A stretch of DNA of 64,000 bases from Eledone cirrhosa. Lineage: Eukaryota. Each line of letters starts with the position of its first letter. Position 1 is the first letter of the stretch. Of the stretch, positions 12,723 through 24,636 are shown in pieces. Made by a program: the position numbers and the translations under genes. The notes beneath the pieces are model-generated. The model was given only the letters and a program-made list of their open reading frames with translations, was not told the DNA's origin and ran no database searches. The stretch spans positions 362,018,001-362,082,000 of the forward strand of contig OZ024740.1 of the NCBI GenBank assembly GCA_964016885.1. Direction: 5' to 3'.

Positions 12723-13231
12723 TATATGAAATATAAGAATCAAAGAAATGTTCAAAACATTATTGCACTATTTTTAATGCTTATATCTTTTCTCCACACA
12801 CAGACTATAACAATCATATAAAGAATTTCCCACCAGATCAACCAACCTAACACTCTTCTTTACCTACCTAAGTGCTCCTACCACACATATCTCTCTGCCA
12901 CACTATATAAACAAGACGCACGTGCTTGCCACACATATAACATTTGCACTATATAACCGCTTATCTTCATGTTGTATTTTAACCTGTATTTTTTATTGTA
13001 CCTTTTATTATGAATGTAATCTCGAAGTGTGTACTGCCACTCTAAATGCTGTAATGAATGTTGACCCACAATATTTGCATATGTATCGGTATGTCCCTTG
13101 GCTGAAAAGGAGGTCATATAACTGTCCATTCATTAATAAATTGCTCCGAAGAATCCAAACCTCGGTTTGGAGGAAACAGCTGTAAGCACAATAATGTTTT
13201 GAACAGTTCTTTGATTCTTATATTTCATATA
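12723..13231 (+). mobile_element. Penelope-like 3' remnant with a ~43-bp inverted terminal copy and a hammerhead
   Basis: 12723-12765 is the reverse complement of 13189-13231; hammerhead at 13141-13188; followed by (TA)n. Confidence 0.6.
13141..13188 (+). ncRNA. Minimal type I hammerhead ribozyme, CCGAAGA core, GUA cleavage triplet
   Basis: ttgct CCGAAGA a-tccaaacc-tc-ggtttgga-g GAAA c-agct-g TA agca. Confidence 0.7.
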
Positions 13232-13509
13232 TATATATATATATAGAGATTTTGAGTTTATGTTGGTTGTATACCAACACCTCAGTATTAACAACCCAAC
13301 AAGGAACTGGGCATATCAGAGTATTGACAATATTATACACCTAAACAACATATGTACTTGTCTATACCATACTAATTCAAACTGCCTGAAGAGGTCACAG
13401 CCAAAGATGGCTGTCACTGAAATATATATAGCAGTAATAAACGAAGCTAAATTTTAATCATTTGACTTTTATTTAACTTTATTTTATATATATATATATA
13501 TATATTTAT

Positions 13510-13640
13510 CATCATCATCATCATTTTACATCTGCTTTTCCCTGCTTGCAAAGGTGGGCGGGTCCTATTCAGCACAGCATCTCTCCACTTGTCACGGTTC
13601 TTCGTCAGCGACCTGAGGTCTGCTCTTACCACCTCTGTTC
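13510..13640 (-). mobile_element. RTE LINE extreme 3' end
   Basis: Minus frame VVRADLRSL..NRDKWRDAVL, then a (gat)n tail; similar to 900-1040. Confidence 0.65.
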
Positions 13641-13892
13641 ATATATATATAATATATATGTATAATCCTTTTATGTCTATTTTTGATGCCTGCATAGCTT
13701 GTATGGTTCTATCCAGCACAGTCTGGAAATAGTCAAAGCTTATGTTACTAATAGTATCATAGTACCTGTTGCTGGCACACATCTCTAGCTATTTAATTAT
13801 ATATGAAGCTATGCATCTGAGGCTGGTTTACTCCTCAGCTATTGCAAACTAGTATTATATATTATATCTGTCTTCAATGCCAGCATAGCTTG

Positions 13893-13961
<69 letters not shown>

Positions 13962-14358
13962 TACATAACATATTCTGAGTTTAGACCAGTCAGACAACTA
14001 CACCTTGCTCATAAATTTCCTTCTTGGCTTGGTTTCTACAACTGGATACTCTTCATAATGCCAACCACTTTAGAGTGTGTACATGGAGAATTTTATCAGG
14101 ACTTTTACAAAACCCCTTTACAGGGTGGGGAGGTTTTTGACACCCCTTCTGTCTGAGAGTGTAATTTCAATATATCATTTATGGCATTCAGTACCCCACA
14201 CCCCATAACCTGTATTTTCATGCATAATAATTGCTATGAAAGGAACTTAATTTTGTAATTTTAATTTTACATATTGCTTTCTCATTGAATCTGATTTGAA
14301 TTCTCATATTAATGTTTGTAAACTTTTAATGGTAGTTCATTTTTGCATTAATTTTCAG

Positions 14359-14374
14359 AAACCTGCTCCAAAAG
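14359..14374 (+). CDS. unc-22: 16-nt microexon (KPAPK)
   Basis: attttcag|AAACCTGCTCCAAAAG|gtcagt; converts phase 0 (11190) to the phase 1 required by exon 21233. Confidence 0.8.
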
Positions 14375-17011
14375 GTCAGTACATCCATTTATCTTTAAAG
14401 ACTGTTTTAGAAGAAATATTACATTAAAATAAGGATTTTATATGTTAATAATAAATTGCATAAATTTCCAATTTACATTTGGCTCTTTCATCACATACAT
14501 ATGCCTATAAACAAAAGGCATAAGAGCATTAAAATGAATTATTAATGAATATCATTTAATTTATATTCATTATAAAGTACTGCTTAGATTTTTAGTTATT
14601 GTCTAATTTTTATATTAAACTTCATATATAAATTACAAGCTAATAATATTTTCAGTTTTAAGGGGATCATTATTTTTATATATTTTTTATTTTATAATGT
14701 TATCTTTAAAATTCTGTATATTGTCCTAGAAAGGATGACAACAATATTTATATTTACCTACAGTAAAAGCAGAGATCGACTACACTGAAATAATCAACTA
14801 ATCATTTTATAAACTTGCATTTATTAATTCCAGTATATCTGACAGGTTAATAGGAATTTCCATGCAGATGATACTGGTCCAAAGAATACACAAAATTCCT
14901 TTCCATCAGCCTTGTTATCTTTTATTGCTTTCACTCCCCAATTTTTAAGATTCCTAGTTGTGGTCATGCAACTATTAAGAGACTTTAAGCAATGGGAATT
15001 TAAATATACCAGGATTATTGGATGTAGAAGCAATTATACAAACTGGGAAATATGTGTTTGGATAAATTAATGGTTTACATAAAAGAGGCCCCAGATAAAA
15101 ATGATATTTTGATAATATATTTCTAGGATATAATACATATGCAAATGATATACAGGATTAAATATATGAGTAACTTGCAAGAAATGACTATTGACAGGGA
15201 CAATTGTAGAAACTTGGGATTGGCAAGGAAACTTCTTATTTAACAAGATGACTGATATAAAAAAACATTGTGTGTACATTTGTGTATGTAAATATTAAAC
15301 AGTTACAGAAAGATATCTATATAAATAAATATACAAATATATTATTATGGTTGATTAAATAATTGAATAGTGTAACTTTTCACATATCTGAATCTCATCT
15401 TATTTAAGGCATCAGAAATGTATAACATTTCAAATTCTCAATCTCTAGATCAACCAGACTATCATATGTCTTTATATATGTAAGGGTGTGTAATGGACTT
15501 CCATCAATTCCAATGAGTGCTCCAATTTTGAGCCTTCTATTTACATATACACTCTTAGTGTCGTTCTCAGGGAGATTCAGCATTACACAGTGTGTGACAA
15601 AGTTGGCATTTTGAATTATATATACAACTCACTTTTGCCAGCTGAGAGGATAGGAACAACATGAAATAAAATGTCTTGCTCAAGGACACAACTCCCTGCC
15701 AGGAGTCAAACTCTTGCTCTTTCTATAGTGAGCCACATACTTTAAACACTATGCCTCATCCTTTTATAAATATTCTTATTCATCACTGGTATCAATGAGC
15801 ACTTCTCTTCCTTTTTAACCAAAACCATTTGAGCATATCATCTTCCAATCTTCTTGTGTAGGTGGGGGTAGGTTTTTCAAATTAAGTAGCCGAAATATCT
15901 TATGTGTCTCTTTATAGTTGCCATGACAACTTTTTCATGTGATTTCATTACATTTTCTAATATAATTTCGAAGTGCACGCATCTTTTAATTTTTTATATT
16001 TTGCGCTACTCAAACTGTGAAAGTACCTCACTTAATCCACTTCAAAAGAAGGGATTCCTTGGAAAACTACAGAATTGTACTTCCACAGTTGCAAGCGGTG
16101 TTTATTCGCGCATCCCCACCCATCCTAATTATTCCATGCTTTTGTTTATATTTATGTCAAATCTATGTTTCAATGTATAAAAAATATTTGTTCCATTAGT
16201 TATAACTATAACTTTTGTGTTGATTTAGACTTACTGGTTTTCTTATTTCAATTATTTGATATCTATAGAATTATATCGCTGGAACTAACTTTGTTTTGTT
16301 AACTTATAGCTTCCTTATTTGTTTCCTTTTTAAGTATTATATGTTATCTTTAGATAATTTTAATAAAAATAATACATTCAAACTAAGTTCATTTATAGAA
16401 AAGTGAAGGTTCATAAATAATCTAAAGTAAAAAGACAAATTATATTTAAATGTTAAATATGTATTCCCTCATTGATATACTCTTTTACTTGTTCCAGACT
16501 ATCTTTACTGGGGCATTATTAGAGGTTTTATTAATATTTATTTATCATGGGTCATTTAGCTCAATTGTACAGAGTGCTCAGCAAGAATTTAAGAGATAAA
16601 GTGTTTGATTTTATGTAGCAGCTACTGACAAATTTTTCTAAGCTATTATTTATAACAATTGACTATTTGAGATTTTCTACATTTTCTAAGAATATCTTAT
16701 TTTTGTTTACAAACCAAATAACTTCAAATAATTGATTTCTTAGTTCTTTCCGAAACCCAAATATTTTAGTTCCAGAGAATGTTATATCATTTGTTTAAAT
16801 TTGATAATAACATATTTTCAAACAATGAAATGATTAAGATTAGAGATTCAGTAATAGTGATATGTGATAAAATAAATAAATAAAATTATAATTAAGAAGT
16901 TCTATCATTCTTGTAGTAAACATTGATTTACTTTGAAAGGCAGATGGCTACACATTTTCAATGAAAGAGGTATAGATTAACTGAGTAAAATTCCTGAAAT
17001 AACTGATTTAA

Positions 17012-17224
17012 CCCTTTTGATACCAAACTGCCTGAACACATCCCTGGCTCTATGATACATAAGTATTTATTCTAAATTCAATCATAATTTTACATATAGA
17101 ATTTTCACTGTTTCAAATACCAGCTTAATTATGAGCAAGATCCCTTCAAATGATTTTCATTATTTTCAAAATAAACAGAAAATCTTAGTCAGTGTATTTC
17201 ATTAAAAATATAGTAACAGAAGGG
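17012..17224. mobile_element. TTAA-flanked MITE, family B (CCC...GGG ends, piggyBac-like)
   Basis: ttaa-cccttttgatacc ... gtaacagaaggg-ttaa; many decayed copies near 5925, 6405, 6735, 17530, 30815, 32180-32695, 33255, 35555, 44535 and 47340. Confidence 0.7.
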
Positions 17225-18261
17225 TTAAACTCAGCATGTAGAGCACTGAAAGGCATTTCTTCCAGTATCCTACCCATTGCAGCAGAAAATATATCACAGT
17301 TGTATAAATACAGAGTTTAACTAAATAACCTTTATTTTTTGCTGAAAGATGCTTACTGCTTTAGAGAAAATTAGATGTGAAAATATTTAAGACTAAATTA
17401 GTAATACTGTAGTTTATTGGTTTCACTAAAAATTAACAGCCAGGACTGACTTTCTCATCTACTAAGCATTGCAAGAAACCAGTTTCCTGATTGTACTTTA
17501 AACTTTTTAAGAGTATATTATTGGCTTAACCTTTTTGATACTAATCCAGCTAAAACTGTTTGTTTTAAAGTGTTCATATTATATCTAAAAACGTTCCATT
17601 ATAATTCTATATAAGAACCTTTGTTACATTATATTTCAAACAACAGCTTAATTATGAGAAAATTAATTAAATCACTCCAAATTCTTAATTATTTAAAAAA
17701 ATTATTTGAAAATAATAGGCAGTGTTTTTTTCTTTTTATTAGAAATATGGTAACATATGGGTTAATTACTTTAAATATTTTCACAGAATGTGACCCTTTC
17801 TAAAATATGTAGATTATCTATCTATTAAACCTTTTGAAGTATTAATCAAAGCATGGATAGAGAGAAATGTAGAGCTGTTTCAATCCAGTAGTTTCTATAT
17901 TTAGTCATTCCTTTTGTGAAAATTAGTACTTTAAATTTAGAAAATTAATATATTCTAACAGCTCCTTTAGCTATCTCCAGTCTAGCTTCAAATTACTAAC
18001 AGTTCTAAGTTCTACATCACACAGTTCTCATTCTTTAGTTCCAAAGGCCCTGTTAATATTATCTGATTCATAAATCTTGTATAATTTATTATTAGAGATT
18101 TAATTCTTCATGTTTTCTAATATACTTATACCATTTTAGGCATACACCAAACTATATTTCTGTATGAAAAAGTATTATTTTATTATCAGTTTGATAGTAT
18201 AAAAATGAAGGATGTTAATTCCTATAATTCCATGAAATTTATGTACGCATGCATATGTCTG

Positions 18262-18328
<67 letters not shown>

Positions 18329-18410
18329 CTATATATATATTATATGTATATATACATATATATATACATATATATATATAATATATAAATGTATATATTA
18401 TATATATATA

Positions 18411-18474
<64 letters not shown>

Positions 18475-18475
<1 letters not shown>

Positions 18476-18930
18476 ATTTATTAAAATAACAGATTAAAGT
18501 TTAAGCAAAGAATCGCTGCTTTCACCCTTAACGGGATCTTCTGAAACTAACAAAGTCAATCTGTGAACGCAGAAGTGAATATTTCAAAAAACGTTGCAAC
18601 CGGAGGAAGACAGGAAAACGATACTTTGGTTCTTGGAAACGTTCCCTGGCAAAGAACGTTCTTTGCCAGGGAACGTTTCCATGAACCAAAGTATCGTCTT
18701 CCTGTCTTCCTCCGGTTGCAACGTTTTTTGAAATATTCACTTCTGCGTTCACAGATTGACTTTGTTAGTTTCAGAAGATCCCGTTAAGGGTGAAAGCAGC
18801 GATTCTTTGCTTAAACTTTAATCTGCTATTTTAATAAATATTTGCTCTATGGTTCTTATATATTTGATATATATTTATCCTTATCGAGCCCTCTTTGGAT
18901 TTTAGTCTTCAAATTTATTATTATTACTAT
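18475..18930 (+). mobile_element. Non-autonomous Penelope-like insert: spacerless ~366-bp palindrome with a hammerhead in each arm, plus a 3' tail
   Basis: Centre aac|gtt at 18657/18658; arms 18475-18657 and 18658-18840 with about 3 mismatches; same sequence as the 3' end of the element at 22111-23510. Confidence 0.85.
18752..18825 (+). ncRNA. Type I hammerhead ribozyme motif, CAGAAGA core (mirror copy at 18490-18563 on -)
   Basis: cagattga..agttt CAGAAGA t-ccc-gttaa-ggg-t GAAA gca..tgc TT aaact-ttaatctg. Confidence 0.7.
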
Positions 18931-19976
18931 ATATATAAAGATAGAGAGATAGACATTTCATGGAATTAAATGATAATAATATATTATATATAGGTTAATT
19001 AAGAGAAACCTTTTATAGAAATTAACTATTTATTATAATGCATTTTAATCAGAAAACTAATTCATTGTTAAATAGATATATACTAATTTAATTCGACAAA
19101 AATAGATATTTTCTATTAGTATAAAAGTTTTATAAAACAGGGCATTTTAAAATGAAGTAATCTTCAAGACTGGGCTGCATTAACACATGGCTGGTCTCCT
19201 AGTCTTTCAGGTATTCCAAATACCCATCTGGATGTTTAGTCTTTCACCCTACTACAACAAATAAATAGATAGGCATTGCATATTACATAGAAAATCCTAC
19301 TTTCCAATCTTCATCCAAACAACTATTGTTATTTTTTAATATCTGTATGTTTGAAACTAACTTTTGTTTCAGTTTATCCAATTTATATTCAATATTTGCT
19401 TTTTTAAAAGTATGATTAATGATTTTAAAAATCCCAGCAACTAATATTACCTCTCCTGCCAATACAACGTCAATTAAATAGTGCTGGAAGTTTCCTAAAT
19501 TCTCATTTTCAAAAAATTATACTTTTAGTTAAGAATTTTAATATCCAAATATCAACAATTTGCTTACTTTTCTGAATTATTAACATCTGCATGTTAAAAA
19601 ATTAAAGTAGCATTATCAATCTTAATCTACAGAAAGAAGTACATATCAAAGGAAAAAAAATTGAATGAATTTACAGCATTAATGTGTAGCACGACCTCTG
19701 CAGAAAGAACTTGCTTTATCAGAAACATTTACATTTAAGATTTTGAATCATATATTTATATATCTCTGTTAAACACAATATTATGTTATGGATAAGTATA
19801 TATACATATCATATCTATCTATATATATATATGTATGTATAATTTTTACATATGACACTGCATCATGAGATATCAATGGTTGCGTAGCCTAGCAGAAATT
19901 AAATAGTATGCTAGTGTTAACTGGTAGCAGTTCCTTGGGCACATGTGACCAGGAGCCATTTTTATCTGATGATATA

Positions 19977-20019
<43 letters not shown>

Positions 20020-21232
20020 ATATACTATTTTTACTGTTTTCATAATAATAAAGCAAGTAACTAATAAAAACTAATTTATTACACATTCCTTAAATAGTAT
20101 TTCTATAGAATAAAGATTACATGTATTTAATTAGTTGAAAACGCAACAACTTTGTTGAAGTGAATATTTTTAACAATCTATTTTTTTCTTGTTTGTCTTT
20201 ATGTGTGAAATTGCACCCACCAACAGCAAGTAACTAAATTTTTAGTTAGCTTTAAAGGGTTTTAATTGTATTTTGATTATGTATACCGTAAAATACTCAT
20301 TTACATAAATATATATAAACATCATTTAATTTTATGAAATTCTAGAAAGATTGTCTTAAAAAGTAAAGAAATAAAAAAGCAAAAAAACTATAGAAACCTT
20401 TCTAAGGATTTACTATTTTAGAAGGAAAATTACCATTTAATGAAGAGTTATCTTGAATATTTTATCAATAATTGACATTATTTTAAAAAGTCCATATGAA
20501 TAATAAATTCATTTGGGATAGGGCCTCTCAATGGGGTACATATATACCTCCAGAAAGGAATAACATTTTGGAAGGGGTGAGTAAAGACTTAGGGGTATAC
20601 ATGGAGTGAATATTTACTATTGAATGAACAGAAAAACTAGCAAAATATTACACCAAGCTGTGTGCAATTGCTGAACTCGTTTGACTAGCTTTACCAAAAT
20701 TGTATGTAGTGTAATCTGGATTTAGCTTTGTGCATTATTTACTAAGCAAACAGTGAAACACTTTTAAGTAAAAAATAGTGATTTACGGCTGAAACTCACC
20801 AACATGTATCTTAATATACATGACGATCTCTGGGATCACTAAACTCATCCGTCACATTAAAAGACAATTCATGCATTAATGGTTCATTCATGTTTATAGC
20901 TTACTGATTTTTATCTCGTGAAAGATTTATTAAACACTAGTAAATTAGTTATGTTTTTAGGATTTATATTTAATTAATATAATTTGAGAGAGAATGGAAA
21001 TCTAATTTTCGTAGAAAAATAATGAAAGCATTTTATTACAGTTAGACATATTAGGTCATAATAAAGATGGGGTTCATGCTGTGCGTTACAAGAAAAATAG
21101 TACATACTAGATCAATTCACTAGCAATATTTTTTAAACCTTGTAATTTCGTGTTTGTCTAAAATATATGTTGTGCCTGCACGTTCTTGTGTCTTGTTCAC
21201 CAAGTCTGTATTTGCCCTGCTTGCTATCACAG

Positions 21233-21463
21233 CTGCTGCCGAACCAGAGCCGAAAGAAGAAGCGCCCGCGCAAGCGCCGACGCAGCAACCCGTTGTCCCT
21301 ACTGTCAATGAACCCATCGATGATGACGCAGATGCAGGTAAAATACCAAAATCCCGATCTCCCTCACCCCAATTCCAAGCTCCAAACAAAGATATGCCAA
21401 AAAAGGCTAAGTCTCCTCAGCCATATCGGAAACAACCTACAACTATTTTTGAGTATGAAGAAG
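21233..21463 (+). CDS. unc-22: Twitchin-like Pro/Ala/Glu-rich linker exon (alternative in-frame donor at 21337)
   Basis: atcacag|CT...AAG|gtaggt; phase 1 to 1; AAAEPEPKEEAPAQAPTQQPVVPTVNEPIDDDADAG-KIPKSRSPSPQF...EYEE. Confidence 0.82.
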
Positions 21464-21637
21464 GTAGGTAACGCGCATGCCACAATGAAACCAACCTCTA
21501 CTGATATTCCGCATGGGCATTTGTAATGGCGGCATAGGAACTGTTAAAGAAGATTACAACAAAGGTTGGCATTTTGTTTATCTAAAGGGCATTTCCAATT
21601 AGAAAAAAGGCAGTTTACAATATCAAGCATTGTTTCT

Positions 21638-21691
<54 letters not shown>

Positions 21692-21739
21692 TTATATGCA
21701 TAGATATTTATATGCATATATATATATATATATATATAT

Positions 21740-22035
<296 letters not shown>

Positions 22036-22110
22036 CATTACATGAATATATATATGCACGTGTCTTATAGGGTGTTATGTGCACACACATGTATATATAT
22101 ATATATATAT

Positions 22111-23502
22111 ATATTTATTAAAATAACAGATTAAAGTTTAAGCAAAGAATCGCTGCTTTCCCCCTTAGCGGGATCTTCTGAAACTAACAAAGTCAATCTG
22201 TAAACGCAGAACTGGATATTTCAAAAAACAGGAAGAAGACAGGAAGACGATACTTAGGTTCGTGGAAACGTTCGCTGGCTATGCAAATAAGTAAAGGTAT
22301 AAACAAAACATATACTTAGCTCCCACATCGAGACGTAAAATATCCACGTATAGATCGTACTATCCGTTAGGGTATAACATGGGGCTGTAATACAGGAAAG
22401 TTTTGTGCAATTTATGTTTACAAACCGAAATTGCCTCAGATTTTTTGTTTAAGATGTGGTCTGTGGCGTAGAGTATTTCCAGGGCCTCAGCGGCGCAGAG
22501 GTCACATGGTCTTTTATTTCCGTTATACGATCTAGCCCTAGCTAGGATCTCCCAGTGTAACTTATATTGGGTGTGGTGGTCTTTTAGACTCCAGATATAA
22601 GCTGAAAGTGACGTCATATTCCTTCTTAGAGGGTAACGAAAAGAATGGGTATGCATGTAAAGACGCTGCTTGAATCTATTGGTGGTTAACCCTATGTAGG
22701 CCCTACTCGACGTGGGTGTTACAACCTTACATTTGTAGACAATGTTACTAGAGAGGCATTTCCCGGATAGGAGTCTAAAAGACCACCACACCCAATATAA
22801 GTTACACTGGGAGATCCTGTAAAGACGCTGTTTGAATCTATTGGCGGTTAACCCTATGTAGGCCCTACGACGTGGGTGTTACAACCTTACATTTGTAGAC
22901 AATGTTACTAGAGAGGCATTTCCCGGATAGGAGTCTAAAAGACCACCACACCCAATATAAGTTACACTGGGAGATCCTAGCGAGGGCTAGATCGTATAAC
23001 GGAAATAAAAGACCATGTGACCTCTGCGCCGCTGAGGCCCTGGAAATACTCTACGCCACAGACCACATCTTAAACAAAAAATCTGAGGCAATTTCGGCTT
23101 GTAAACATAAATTGCACAAAACTTTCCTGTATTACAGTCCCATGTTATACCCTAACGGATAGTACGATCTATACGTGGATATTTTACGTCTCGATGTGGG
23201 AGCTAAGTATATGTTTTGTTTATACCTTTACTTATTTGCATAGCCAGCGAACGTTTCCACGAACCTAAGTATCGTCTTCCTGTCTTCCCCCGGTTGCAAA
23301 GGTTTTTGAAATATCCAGTTCTGCGTTTACAGATTGACTTTGTTAGTTTCAGAAGATCCCGTTAAGGGTGAAAGCAGCGATTCTTTGCTTAAACTTTAAT
23401 CTGTTATTTTAATAAATATTTTCTCTACGGTTCTTATATATTTGATATATAGTTATCCTTATCGAGCCCTCTGTGGATTTTAGTCTTCAAATTTATTATT
23501 AT

Positions 23503-23510
<8 letters not shown>
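22111..23510 (+). mobile_element. Penelope-like element in inverted configuration with GIY-YIG endonuclease fragments on both strands
   Basis: Arms 22111-22592 and 22930-23419; ORF 22360-22791(-) SNIVYKC...AYIGLT..RFKQR...CDLC..E..ILNKKSE..CKH; ORF 22902-23162(+); (TA)n flanks. Confidence 0.9.
23330..23403 (+). ncRNA. Type I hammerhead ribozyme motif, CAGAAGA core (mirror copy at 22127-22200 on -)
   Basis: Same fold as 18752-18825, ~170 nt downstream of the EN stop codon; predicted cleavage after 23390. Confidence 0.7.
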
Positions 23511-23546
<36 letters not shown>

Positions 23547-24600
23547 GTCATATAGGGTGTTATAAGCACGCACATGTATATATATATGTGTGTGTAAAAC
23601 AGAATGATTTTCCATAGATGAACGGAAAGGGCCCATAGTTAAATAAGTTATTCAATACATTCAACTGAAGGAAATAGCTCTAGTGCAGTAGAAGTATTTT
23701 CTGTCTGAAATAAATTACATACATACATACACATACACAGGTGTATATGCTTACATATATACCTTTATTATGAATCTCCCTATGTTAGTATTACTGCTTA
23801 TATATATATATATATACATACACATTTCTTCATATGAATGCATCTAATCACACACACACACTTACACACATATATATATGCACATTTAATTAAGGCTAAA
23901 TAGTGAGTCGTGTTAACCTGTAGGGATAAAGAGGCAAACCTCGAGAGTAATATGACTCACTATTTAGTCTTACTAAAATGATTTAAACTCTACTTCGGTA
24001 TTAAGTACTCATTTCTCTCAGCCATCAACCACATATGGATATATATATATAATTATTTTTATAAACTGGTGAATTTGGTCTCATGCCCTCCCATTTGTTG
24101 ATATAATCACAATGTTTGAAATGTTGTACCCTCTACCCGTCTTCAGGTGTCTGTTGTCTTTGGAATTTCAAACTATGATGTGTAGATTGTTCTCATTCTA
24201 CTATCCATGCTTGGGATATTATCATATTAATAAGTTGCCTAAATTTCCTAAAATGTTATCGAAGTTAACAGGCATCTGAATATGGTTGGAGCATACCATG
24301 GAAATAAGAAAAGGAGAGGAGATTTACAGCTCACACTTATACAGCTTTAGCTGGCTTCCTACATGGTTGCAACTCATAGGGTATCCTTTTGGCGTTTTAA
24401 TGATAGGGTTCTCAGTCCTATCATGAAAAGTGATATGAAATTAAGTGTCTTGCTCAAGAACACAGCATGCTCAAGAACACACCTATGACCATGCCTTTAT
24501 CATGGCGGGTACCATGGTCCAAATGTTCTGATTATAACAATGAAGATGAGGGCACACAAGTAAATCAATATCAGTTTATATTAATGATAATTCCTCATTG

Positions 24601-24636
<36 letters not shown>

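Noticed and set aside
14834-14845. Possible 12-nt microexon ccag|TATATCTGACAG|gttaat
   Set aside because: Frame-neutral, but the donor is poor and there is no supporting context.
18528-18787. Pair of near-identical 74-aa ORFs on opposite strands
   Set aside because: A by-product of the palindrome; non-ATG starts, no recognisable domain, and the sequence is the non-coding 3' region of the Penelope-like element.
24080-24310. Oppositely oriented CTGAAGA/CTGAATA hammerhead-like remnants (similar traces near 26880 and 33800)
   Set aside because: Probably old Penelope ends, but the GAAA box or the stems are too decayed to call.
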